From the NCBI RefSeq assembly GCF_001194135.2, contig NC_068996.1:2545880-2609879 (forward strand): a stretch of DNA of 64,000 nucleotides, read 5' to 3'. Each line of letters begins with the position of its first letter. The first letter of the stretch is position 1. The position numbers were made by a program, and so were the translations under genes. Positions 39,258 to 50,570 of this stretch are shown here, in pieces. The notes below the pieces were generated by a model. The model saw nothing but the letters and a program-made list of their open reading frames with translations. It was not told the DNA's origin and ran no database searches. Source of the DNA: Octopus bimaculoides. Its lineage: Eukaryota.

Positions 39258-39833
39258 TCACACACACACACGTACATATGTAGGAGTAGTTGTGTAAATA
39301 CACACACACTCAATTGTATAAAGTTACTACTTCGATCTTTAGTTTCATAGACTGACATAAAATGCATTCTTTCAAGCATGAATGAATCTATTGCAGAAAA
39401 CTCTGAGTAGGCAGATATAAAGAAATAAAAGTCAACTACATAAGTTTAATAATTTTTTTTTCCCGCCTTCTCTGTATGTGAAAGCAGCTGATTAGTAGAG
39501 GTTTTACAATGTCAGTTTGCTTGCAGTAACCAATCCAGCTTTCTGATTATCTATGTTCTGAGTTCAAATCTTACTGAGGTTAACTTTGGTTTTTCTCATG
39601 CTTTTTAGATTGATAAAGTACCAGCCGTATACTTGGGTCCAGTTTCCACTTTCTCTTACTTTTTCTCTCTGACATCATCTGTTTGGGACTATATCAGCTG
39701 TGCTTAGGCCTAGTGAGGTCTAAAAATGCTCAAGCAAGCCATACATTATAGCTATACTCCTATGACTCCATTAAGTGGCTGAGGATTTTAGGACCCCGGA
39801 AACGCATTATATATATATGTATATATAGATAAT

Positions 39834-39933
39834 NNNNNNNNNNNNNNNNNNNNNNNNNNNNNNNNNNNNNNNNNNNNNNNNNNNNNNNNNNNNNNNNNNN
39901 NNNNNNNNNNNNNNNNNNNNNNNNNNNNNNNNN
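39834..39933. other. Assembly gap (100 N)
   Basis: N run with TA-rich flanks. Confidence 1.
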
Positions 39934-39949
39934 TATATATATGGATATA

Positions 39950-41345
39950 CATATAATTCCTGACCTAGAGTGACATGGCGGTGTAACACTGAAGCAAACA
40001 AGGTCATAAGAGCTATGAACACAAGCCTTGAAAGTTTGTATTGGTATTGTGCTAGAGAGAAGCACTACTGATGCAATCTTTCTAGCGAGACAACTGAAGG
40101 AGAAGCGTTTAGTGAAAATAAACCTCAGTACTTGTCATTTGTGTAATTGGTGAAAGGCTTTGACAAGGTCCCTCAGTAACTCATCTGATGGTTGATGTAG
40201 AAGTTTGGGTTGACAAGTGGTTGGTGAGCATCGTCCAAGTCATATAGAGGGATGCTATCAGTAAGGTAAAAATTGGCAATGATATAGCAACAAGTTTAGA
40301 ATGCAGATAGGAATTCAGCAAAATTGATTCCCAGTCTTTTCTTGTCTTCCAGGCCATAACAGTGGAATTTAAGATTTGTTTCTCTTGAGAGCTCATCAGT
40401 GCCAATGACCTTGTTCTTATAGCTGAATCTCTTCTAGAGAAGAAAATAGTGGTGTTTAAGCAAGGACTGGAATCAAGAGGCTCTAGAATTAATTTAGTAA
40501 AGACCACAGTGCTAGTAAGCAGGAAAGCAGGCAAATTACTAATCCTTTCAGGGAAATGGCCTATTCAATATGTAGAATCAGTATGGATAGAAATTCCACA
40601 CAGTTTACCCAAAACAAGCTATGAACATGTAAAAATTGTAGTGGAATCACAGGAAGGTTAATAAAGTAATTTTTGCATGTGGCAGATATGTAAGTATAAT
40701 AAACACTAAAAAATGTACCGGAAGTAAACTTCCTCAAATGTCCAGAACAATCCTTAGAGATAGCAGATAGTTTCCATTATTTAGCTGATCACATTAGCAG
40801 TGGAGGAGGTTGCTCTGAAATTGTAGATACTAGAATAAAAACCAGCTCGGCAAAGTTCAGAGAGCTACTGCCTTTATTGGTTACAAAAAGCTTTTCCTTT
40901 AGAGTGAAAGGTAGATTGTATGATGCCTGTATACAGATATTTATGCTACATGACAGTGAAACATGGCCTGTGACTATAGACGAGATATGAAGGTCTGAAA
41001 GACATGAAGCCAGCATGATACATTAAATGTGCAATGTGTATGTGTATATATATATATATAAATGAGAAAATGTAAATGTTTTAAGAGAAAAATTTGAATA
41101 GGAAGCATCAAATGTGTTCAAGAGAGAAGATTGCACTGGTATGGTCATGTCACACATGGATGAAGACAGCTACATAAAGAAGTGCTGATCTATAAATGTG
41201 GAGGGAACCTGTTAAAAGGAGGACCCAGGTAGAAATGTGATGAAGTGGTGAGAAATGATCTTCAAATGTTGACCCTCACAGACTCACTAAAAGACCAAGA
41301 CATTGGCATTTTGCTGTGCATGAGAAGACATGCTCAGTTAACTAA
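39950..41345 (+). mobile_element. Decayed RTE LINE RT region, same family as 27845-29500
   Basis: STTDAIFLARQL, KGFDKVP, ANDLVLIAES, VFKQGLESRGSRINLVKTTVLVSRK, FHYLADHISSGGGC, KFRELLPLL. Confidence 0.85.
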
Positions 41346-41397
41346 AACCAACGCCAAGGCATTTTCTCTATGCCCATGCATCATCTTTCTCTGCATA

Positions 41398-42005
41398 CTA
41401 GGGTGGGCTGAAAGTTTATAGACTGACTATGGAGGAATGATGCTTGAGCTGTGAAATCTTCCATGCATTATTTTCAACATTTCTTATTAATAACTGCCTT
41501 GTTTCCCTCCAGCTAAACTGATATCTGACTGTTGAAAGAAGACTTCAAAAGTAACTTATAGCAATTTCTCTTGAAAAATGACAAAACCTGGCATTGTGGT
41601 GTTATCAAGTATCTAAAGAAAAGGGGCTTAGCCCCCAAGGACATTCATGCTGATATGGTAGCTACATTCTGAGGTGATGCTCTATCTTTATTAACAGCGC
41701 AAAAGTTGGCAACTGAACTTAGGATGGGAAGGGAGAGCCTTGAAGATGATCCAAGGCCTGGACATCCACCAACTGCCACCACTAAGTAAAACATTCATCA
41801 TGTTCACCACATGGTGATGGATGACTGGCAATTGACTATAATTCAAATAGTCTCTCTGTGAGAAAGTTGAGAATATTCTGCACAATTAACTTGGCACAAT
41901 GAAGGTTTCTGCTTGGTGGGTGTCACATCTGACAGGTGATCAAAAGCGTACCAGGCTGGTCATATCATGGGAACATTTGACATTCTTTGAGCCAGATCCG
42001 GCTTA
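41398..42005 (+). mobile_element. mariner transposon, left TIR plus decayed N-terminal transposase
   Basis: TA|CTAGGGTGGGCTGAAAG terminus; VIKYL.KRGLAPKDIHADMVAT, ESLEDDPRPGHP and KVSAWWVSHL (WVPHxL motif); 3'-truncated. Confidence 0.85.
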
Positions 42006-42193
42006 TAGCCATTCAAATGAGAGGTAAGGCGCGAAGGGTGGCTTTGCATAGGATGGGAGAGGCAGTTGAAAAAGCCTGCAGTTGGCTTTGAAATACGAGA
42101 AAAGAGTTAAGCTGGAAGCCAGGAGGAGATAAGGAGCAGTCACTTGGCCACCTCTGCTGGCCTACCAGCAGGAGGGTATTATAGTTCAGGGTC

Positions 42194-42432
42194 GGCGAGC
42201 TGGCAGAAACGTTAGCACGACGGGCAAAATGCTTAGAGGTATTTCGTTTGTCTTTACATTCTGAGTTCAAATTCCGCCGAGGTCGACTTTGCCTTTCATC
42301 CTTTCGGGGTCGATTAAGTAAGTCCCAATTACACACTGGGGTCGATATAATCGACTTAATCACTTTGTCTGTCCTTGTTTGTCCCCTCTATGTGTAGCCC
42401 CTTGTGGGCAGTAAAGAAATAAAGAAATAAGA
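42194..42432 (+). mobile_element. Young full-length SINE family B with 16-bp TSD
   Basis: TSD ATTATAGTTCAGGGTC at 42178-42193 and 42433-42448; A-box TGGCAGAAACG, B-box GAGTTCAAATTCC; (AAGAAAT)n tail; CpG-rich. Confidence 0.95.
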
Positions 42433-42536
42433 ATTATAGTTCAGGGTCAAAACATCCAATGAATGTTGGATACCATCTGATGACATCAGTTCCTCCTATC
42501 CAAAAGAGCACCTCCTTATAAGTGTTATTAACATAC

Positions 42537-42605
<69 letters not shown>

Positions 42606-43495
42606 NNNNNNNNNNNNNNNNNNNNNNNNNNNNNNNNNNNNNNNNNNNNNNNNNNNNNNNNNNNNNNNNNNNNNNNNNNNNNNNNNNNNNNNNNNNNNNN
42701 NNNNNNNNNNNNNNNNNNNNNNNNNNNNNNNNNNNNNNNNNNNNNNNNNNNNNNNNNNNNNNNNNNNNNNNNNNNNNNNNNNNNNNNNNNNNNNNNNNNN
42801 NNNNNNNNNNNNNNNNNNNNNNNNNNNNNNNNNNNNNNNNNNNNNNNNNNNNNNNNNNNNNNNNNNNNNNNNNNNNNNNNNNNNNNNNNNNNNNNNNNNN
42901 NNNNNNNNNNNNNNNNNNNNNNNNNNNNNNNNNNNNNNNNNNNNNNNNNNNNNNNNNNNNNNNNNNNNNNNNNNNNNNNNNNNNNNNNNNNNNNNNNNNN
43001 NNNNNNNNNNNNNNNNNNNNNNNNNNNNNNNNNNNNNNNNNNNNNNNNNNNNNNNNNNNNNNNNNNNNNNNNNNNNNNNNNNNNNNNNNNNNNNNNNNNN
43101 NNNNNNNNNNNNNNNNNNNNNNNNNNNNNNNNNNNNNNNNNNNNNNNNNNNNNNNNNNNNNNNNNNNNNNNNNNNNNNNNNNNNNNNNNNNNNNNNNNNN
43201 NNNNNNNNNNNNNNNNNNNNNNNNNNNNNNNNNNNNNNNNNNNNNNNNNNNNNNNNNNNNNNNNNNNNNNNNNNNNNNNNNNNNNNNNNNNNNNNNNNNN
43301 NNNNNNNNNNNNNNNNNNNNNNNNNNNNNNNNNNNNNNNNNNNNNNNNNNNNNNNNNNNNNNNNNNNNNNNNNNNNNNNNNNNNNNNNNNNNNNNNNNNN
43401 NNNNNNNNNNNNNNNNNNNNNNNNNNNNNNNNNNNNNNNNNNNNNNNNNNNNNNNNNNNNNNNNNNNNNNNNNNNNNNNNNNNNNNNNNNNNNNN
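42606..43495. other. Assembly gap (890 N)
   Basis: N run flanked by (TA)n on both sides. Confidence 1.
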
Positions 43496-43536
<41 letters not shown>

Positions 43537-43559
43537 CACTCAAACACACACAATATGTA

Positions 43560-44060
43560 TAAGCATATTAAATTAAATGAAGGGCAAAGATGTGGTCACA
43601 ACACTTGTGCCCAGGCTGGAAACCAGCTTGTTCTTATCTGGTGGTCTGTTCACGATGCTTTTGGGGCTATGATTCATGAAGACCTTCCCAACAGTGGAGA
43701 GTAGGCTTATACCTCTGGATTCTGGACAAGTGTAACTAAATTGAGAAGTCTGTTGGATGATGAAAGCAGAAAGGGATAAATATTGGAATAGGATGGCAGC
43801 CAATCTTTAGGAAGCCACCTCCAAGCGCAGGTACCACATGCTCTGTTGCACACCACCTGTCGACCCTCTTGATGACTGATGCTTAGCCTACACTAGAGGA
43901 AGTGGAAGAAGCTATGTGCTTGTTGCCAAACAGGAAGTGTAGTGCTGCTTGGACAACTCCTTATACTCATGCAACTCATATTGTGCTTAGACAACATACC
44001 TTTAAGATGGAAGAAGGCCATCATCATTTCCATCCATCAGAAAGGTAACAGGAGGGAATG
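43560..44060. mobile_element. Two decayed LINE RT N-terminal fragments in opposite orientation
   Basis: Minus strand CPESRGISLLSTVGKVF; plus strand EEVEEAMCLLPNRK and WKKAIIISIHQKGNRREC. Confidence 0.55.
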
Positions 44061-45375
44061 CACAAAAAACATGGTGGGATACTCTATCAAACCTTTTGTT
44101 TGCACTGGATTCATCTGTGTGCATATCTATATATACACCCAGAAACATTCTCACACATGCACGCACATTGGACATTGAGGATTCAGTTCAACTGTATAAC
44201 CTGCTCCTAAATGAATGTTTATTTAGCTAAATGTTCCTTAATGTAATTCTAATACAGAATCAAGAATACTAGAGTGGTCAAAGAAATCAAGGCTAATCAA
44301 TTGGAAAAGACCACTGGGAAAGGTGTCTTCTAATTAAAGTGTTAGTTTTCAACTGATGATAATTTATTTCTCAAAGTAATTAAGTATCCGAATATAAGGA
44401 TTTAGTAATAGAAAAAGAAAAATGGGATGTTGGTACTGAAAAGAGAAACTGTTGAGAATTGTGAATGTCCGTGTTTGCACAGCATATGGAAAATAGTACT
44501 AGAATAGAAAAAAAAGATGGAAATAAAACACTGCAAAGAACCATGGCACACAAAATGGTAATGCACTGAACATACATAATTGGAAAGAATTAATAGAAAT
44601 GGTAATAAGAGAAGATAATGATGATAGTAAATAGGCTCTGAATTACTATATACCTGTACAACATTTAAAAGAAGTGAAAAAAATGGTTTTGAATCAGACA
44701 CAATAAAAGGATTAAGTAAATTTAATTCCTTGCTTGGTACAATAATCAAAACATATGAATCGGTTATCTCCCTAACAAAAATCTTCTAATGGAAATACAG
44801 CATCTACGATTTCTAATGTAAGATTTAAAGAAAAATTAGTTTTGTAGTTAGTCCTGTTCAAAAAGTTTACAATAAATAACATTGCCTTTGTACTACTTAA
44901 AGAATGTCACCATATTACTTTTAATGTTCCCATATAATTTCAATATATATTTAATATATATTTTGTGGAACATGATATACATCTAAAACATAGGATTTTT
45001 CAAAAAGAATTTACATTACAAATTTTTAAAACAAGTTTATATTTGACCCTTTTGTTAACCATGTTTCTGTTGAACTACACTGGCTTTAATAAATCTCTGA
45101 GCGATGTATAAACAGTAGCCACACGACATCTTGAAGTATATTTGCCACCTAAATGTGGCTAACATTTAAGGCTTGATGCTGCTGTAGCTTGTAGCCCCAG
45201 GAAGACATCTCTTCCAGCTGGCTATTGATACACTAACTATCTGTGCCCTATCAGTGTTTGAAAAGGGAAGTCATCATTCCCTTCTCCAGCCTGACGTGAT
45301 ACACATGGATCGGAGTTTCTGGGTAATCACCCGCCGTCAGTGTGTGACAACCACCAGTTGGTGATGGGAAGTGAT

Positions 45376-45797
45376 TCTCAACGCAAATATATATACTTTT
45401 CCCAAATTCCACTCAGTGGCCACATAGACTCTTGCGCCAGAAACAAAAACCCTAAATTCATTATATTCCCTTTCTATCAATGTAAAGACAGAATCTCCAC
45501 ACAAGAAAGAATCAACAAGGAGAATCTTTTCATAGAGAAATTCCAACCATTTCTTAACACACACACCCCTCAGTGACCTTATTTCTCTATGAACAGACAC
45601 AAACTTCCTGTTTGGGAAAAAAAGAGTTCATAACTCTAACTAAAAACACTTGTCTCCCCTTACACACACTTCCTGTTTTGACACCACATTTCCTGCTTAA
45701 CACAAACTTTTAACCCTTTTTTAAACCTAACAAAACTCTCAACTCTCATGCATCCTTATTTTTCCTACCAATTTATACATGAACTACTATTGAACTA
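45376..45797 (+). mobile_element. Penelope-like element 3' fragment (C-terminus of GIY-YIG endonuclease plus downstream UTR)
   Basis: ORF 45340-45576 ends SGHIDSCARNKNPKFIIFPFYQCKD...RINKENLFIEKFQPFLN, matching the H..C...F.IFPFY...R..KE..FI..F.P.LN pattern of PLE GIY-YIG domains; runs into a gap. Confidence 0.7.
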
Positions 45798-46281
45798 NNN
45801 NNNNNNNNNNNNNNNNNNNNNNNNNNNNNNNNNNNNNNNNNNNNNNNNNNNNNNNNNNNNNNNNNNNNNNNNNNNNNNNNNNNNNNNNNNNNNNNNNNNN
45901 NNNNNNNNNNNNNNNNNNNNNNNNNNNNNNNNNNNNNNNNNNNNNNNNNNNNNNNNNNNNNNNNNNNNNNNNNNNNNNNNNNNNNNNNNNNNNNNNNNNN
46001 NNNNNNNNNNNNNNNNNNNNNNNNNNNNNNNNNNNNNNNNNNNNNNNNNNNNNNNNNNNNNNNNNNNNNNNNNNNNNNNNNNNNNNNNNNNNNNNNNNNN
46101 NNNNNNNNNNNNNNNNNNNNNNNNNNNNNNNNNNNNNNNNNNNNNNNNNNNNNNNNNNNNNNNNNNNNNNNNNNNNNNNNNNNNNNNNNNNNNNNNNNNN
46201 NNNNNNNNNNNNNNNNNNNNNNNNNNNNNNNNNNNNNNNNNNNNNNNNNNNNNNNNNNNNNNNNNNNNNNNNNNNNNNNNN
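45798..46281. other. Assembly gap (484 N)
   Basis: N run. Confidence 1.
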
Positions 46282-46311
46282 TACATATATATCTGAGGGT
46301 GCATGGCTTAC

Positions 46312-46625
46312 AGATGGTACATGAAAAACAACATTCGAGCAAGGTTGTTGCCAGTGCCACTGGACTGACTCCTGTGCAGGCGGCACATAAAAAACACCAT
46401 TTGAGTATGGCTGTTGCCAGTACCGCCTGACTGGCCCACGTGCTGGTGGCACGTAAAAGCACCCACTACACTCTCGGAGTGGTTGGCGTTAGGAAGGACA
46501 TTCAGCTGTAGAAACTCTGCCAGATCAGATTGGAGCCAGGTGCAGCCATCTGGCTTGCTAGTCCTCAAACCGTCCAACCCATGCCAGCATGGAAAGTGGA
46601 CATTAAGCAATGATGATGATGATAC
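46312..46625 (+). mobile_element. RTE-type 3' UTR and tail fragment
   Basis: Collinear with 4920-5215, including GCCAGT-N8-ACTGGC units and the (GAT)n tail. Confidence 0.8.
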
Positions 46626-46629
46626 ATAT

Positions 46630-46856
46630 CATATATACTTGATGGACTCTCCTGTCGAAGACAACATATGAGTGTTCAGCTTTTACCGAATGAACAGGTG
46701 TGTGGTGTACCGTGTGTCAGGTGCCAAAGTGATCAGAGAGCAATGAAAGATGAGGTGTTTTGCTCAAGAACACAACGCACCACTCGGTCTAGGAATCGAA
46801 ATCATGATCCCACAATTGTGAGTGCAATACCCTAACCAGTAAGCCATGCACCCTCA
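46630..46856 (-). mobile_element. SINE family C
   Basis: Minus-strand head GAGGGTGCATGGCTTACTGGTTAGGG (A box) and TTCGATTCC (B box). Confidence 0.7.
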
Positions 46857-46890
46857 AATATATACATTATATATATATATATATATATAT

Positions 46891-47075
46891 NNNNNNNNNN
46901 NNNNNNNNNNNNNNNNNNNNNNNNNNNNNNNNNNNNNNNNNNNNNNNNNNNNNNNNNNNNNNNNNNNNNNNNNNNNNNNNNNNNNNNNNNNNNNNNNNNN
47001 NNNNNNNNNNNNNNNNNNNNNNNNNNNNNNNNNNNNNNNNNNNNNNNNNNNNNNNNNNNNNNNNNNNNNNNNNNN
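46891..47075. other. Assembly gap (185 N)
   Basis: N run flanked by (TA)n. Confidence 1.
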
Positions 47076-47099
47076 TATATGTATGTATGTATATACACT

Positions 47100-47495
47100 T
47101 TTATCCTTTTACTTGTTTCAATCATTAGACTATGGCCATGCTAGAGCACTGTGTTGAAGAATTTTTAGTCAAATGAATTGACCCCAGTCTTTTTTCTTAT
47201 TTTTTTAATACCTGGTATTTATTTTATTGGGCATTTTCCCTGGGCTACTAAGTTACAGGTACGTAAACACACCAACACATGTTGTTAAGCAGTGGTGGGG
47301 GCAAACAGACTCACACACACACACATGATGAGTTTCTTTCAGTCTTTCAGTTTCCATCTACCAGATCCACTCGCAAGCCTTTCGTTGGCCGGAGGCATAG
47401 TCAAAGACACTTGCCCAAGGTGTCATGCAATGGCACTGAACCAATAACCATATGTTTGGGAAGTGAGTTTCTTACAGCACAGCCACTCCTACACC
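47100..47495 (-). mobile_element. SINE family A
   Basis: CTTTTACTTGTTTCAATC...CAGCACAGCCACTCCT is the reverse complement of family A. Confidence 0.8.
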
Positions 47496-47497
47496 TA

Positions 47498-47532
<35 letters not shown>

Positions 47533-50500
47533 ACACATCTCACTAGATAGTATCTGTTTAACTTTATAACTCCAAGGAAAGAGTAAGGGCATATCTGTTT
47601 CTTAATGTATGTTTCAATCACACATTGATTGGTATATTTATGACGAATGTACATTTTGGAAGATAGCAATATCTCCAACTTCACTCTTGAGACAAACTAA
47701 ATCAGATTTTGAAGCAGACTGGGCAAGTATGGTAATCATTATACTATAGCATTTTTTCCCCATTAAAATTTTAGATTACTATTTTCTTTCTCAAAAATGC
47801 ATTTTAAAGCAGTATGATGTTAATAGGCAATGACGATTGGTGGGGGAATAGTGTATTCCATAAGTTAGAAAGTGGGTGGGACTACTGTGTGTTTGGTAAA
47901 AGATGGAGAAGCATGAGCTTTGTATGTTGAAGTCATTTCAACTAAATGATTAAACTGATTCACAAAATATACATTTTTACGATGTTGAAGTAAAAAAATC
48001 TGAAAATTGGCTATAATAGTGTAGTTTTCCAGTCTTATTGCTATGAAAGTATGTTGTGGAGAAAAGATTGAGTAAAAAGTGACAGAGGTTTAGTGGAACA
48101 GTGTCAACTTTAAGATTGTACTCTGTGAAATTTATAGTTTAACATCTGTGAAATGACCTCTTCATTGTAGGTTTCTAAATAAACAGAAATACCGAATAAA
48201 ATCAACATAGGTCATCTTACTGTTTCTTTTGTCTTTTTATTGATTGTATGTTTTTATTATGTTTCTTTAAATTTGTTAGATTAATATATTTGTCTGCATG
48301 TGTTTACTTTATGCATATTTCAGTATTATGATTACCTGTCATGTATTTGTGTACATCATTAATATATAAGTGCATATGCATGTGTGAGAAGGAGGCATCC
48401 GTCTCCAAAACTCCAAAGTTGAGTAATGTTTTCATGCTTGGAATTGTAAACTACAATAAGAATAGCACTGTTCAACAAAGAATTTGTCCCCAAAATATAC
48501 GAAATGAAAAATATGTAAAAATAGTAACACACAGAAAAAGCACAAAAAAATAAAGCAAAAATATGTGCATGAAAAGAATCTTGTGGTGTGAAGTGTCAAC
48601 ACAGAACAATGTGTGGCACAGGCATGCAATTGTCATGGCAACAAGCTGCTAATGCCACGCTGTCAGTTGATTGGCTAAAATTATCCAAATTTCCCAACTT
48701 TAATACCAAATAACATCAGATTCTGTAATTTAAGAGATAAAGTAATTGGTTGATTGCAATCAAATTTCAAAGTTGCATTGATACACCAAAATTGAAAGCA
48801 ATCTGAGCAAAATTAAAAGGGGGCTCATTTTGTGAATGAAACTAACTAGATCCCACTTAAGGATAATTGCAGATAGTGGGAGGGAGGGAGAGTGAAAGAG
48901 AGGCAGAAGTAAAGAGATAAGCAATGCCTTCAGTGAACTGACAGGAGTGTTTTTCTAAATGCCAGAAAGAGCAGCTTAATCTTAATAAATGATGCCATCT
49001 TATTTTTGTATGCATTGTATAAAAATACACAATGAGAAAAATGTGTGATTGTCTTGGCTGCAAAAGCTTTGATTTTATAACAACTGCATCAGAGATAACA
49101 TGTGGGCTAAACATTAGTGACATACTTCTAATTCATGCCTCCTCTAAAATAATCAAAAATTTGAATGCGACCTTTGAACTTTACTGGTGTTAGCTATAAA
49201 ATTGTTCTGTAAAGTTAGTCTGAGAGAAAAAGTCAACCGGTAAGGAAGTGTATAGAAGACATAATGCAAAATGCAGACACTTTCGTTATGGAATCCTTTT
49301 ATTAGTAGCAATATATGGATTGAAAGTTCATTATAATAATTATAATATTTTAAGCCCAGAATGTTTCAGAAAGTGAACCATGCATCTATTGCTTGCCATG
49401 TAATCAATTACACAACAGATCACCTGCCATTCACTTATCTTAATGTATGTGTGGCTATTTTAGCTTCAAAGAGGAAATTTGTCAGCACTTGCTCAAACAA
49501 GATATGTTATTTTATTAATGCGTTCCAGGCAAGGATGTGTGGTTAATAACCTTGCTTTGCAACTATGTGCAGTACTCTATGCATGGGTCTTCTGTTATAG
49601 CCCCTGGACTGACCAATGTCATGTGAGTGGAAGCCTATTACACACACACACATACACAGTGTGTTTATACAACTACCACATGAACACTAGTGTTGGTTTA
49701 TTGACATCCCTGTAATTTGATTTGGGGGTTCAGTAAAAGAGACAGATACAAAATGTATCAGACTTAAAAACTAAATATTGGAGTCGATTTGTTTGACCGA
49801 CCCCTTTAAGATGATACCCCTGCATGGCAGCCATAGTCCAATGATTGAAACAAAGTTAAAGATAAACTGGTGTTCTACTTTGTGATATATTTGGACTTAA
49901 GGACTCATCAAGGATATCTTCCTACATGAAGAAATGGACATTAAAATGATGATGATGATGCCTTTTCCAGCATTGCCATTGCTGATGACAGTAGCAGCAG
50001 TGGTTTTTAGATATGGCATATTTATTTGCATATACTATATATTTTTGTATAATGTGTACTATTAATAATGAGCTATGAAAAAAAAAAATGTGCTTCCTTA
50101 CATTTATTACGATTACTGTATGAAATACACTGAAAATGTCCGTGTATCTTCTAACAAGAAAATAATAATATTTGAAAGTGACCTTTGGACTTTACAGGTA
50201 TAGACTATTAAAGTAAAACCAGCTTGTGAAAAGTCAACTAGTACTGAAGGATATAATAGACGTAGTGGAAGTACAATTTTATTATACTTCCATTTTAATA
50301 CTTCATTATCAGGTACTTTTGTCCTATTGATAGAAACATACAAAGTAACAGTTCATTACAATAATACAAATATTTCAAGAAAAGAATATTTAGTTGTTGT
50401 TTTTATGTCTTTTTTTCTGTTTTCAGTGAGTATTCACATTTCAATAATAACAGTATGTATTATTCTAAACATCCTCTTGAAAATTTTCCAAGTCAATCAA

Positions 50501-50570
50501 TCACTCAATTCTATAATAATTGAGTAAAAAATACCTTAAGAAAGGCTTGTTTATTCTAATGTTTATAGAT

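Noticed and set aside
42434-47157. Long ORFs of 100-370 aa containing X
   Set aside because: Artefacts of N-gaps.
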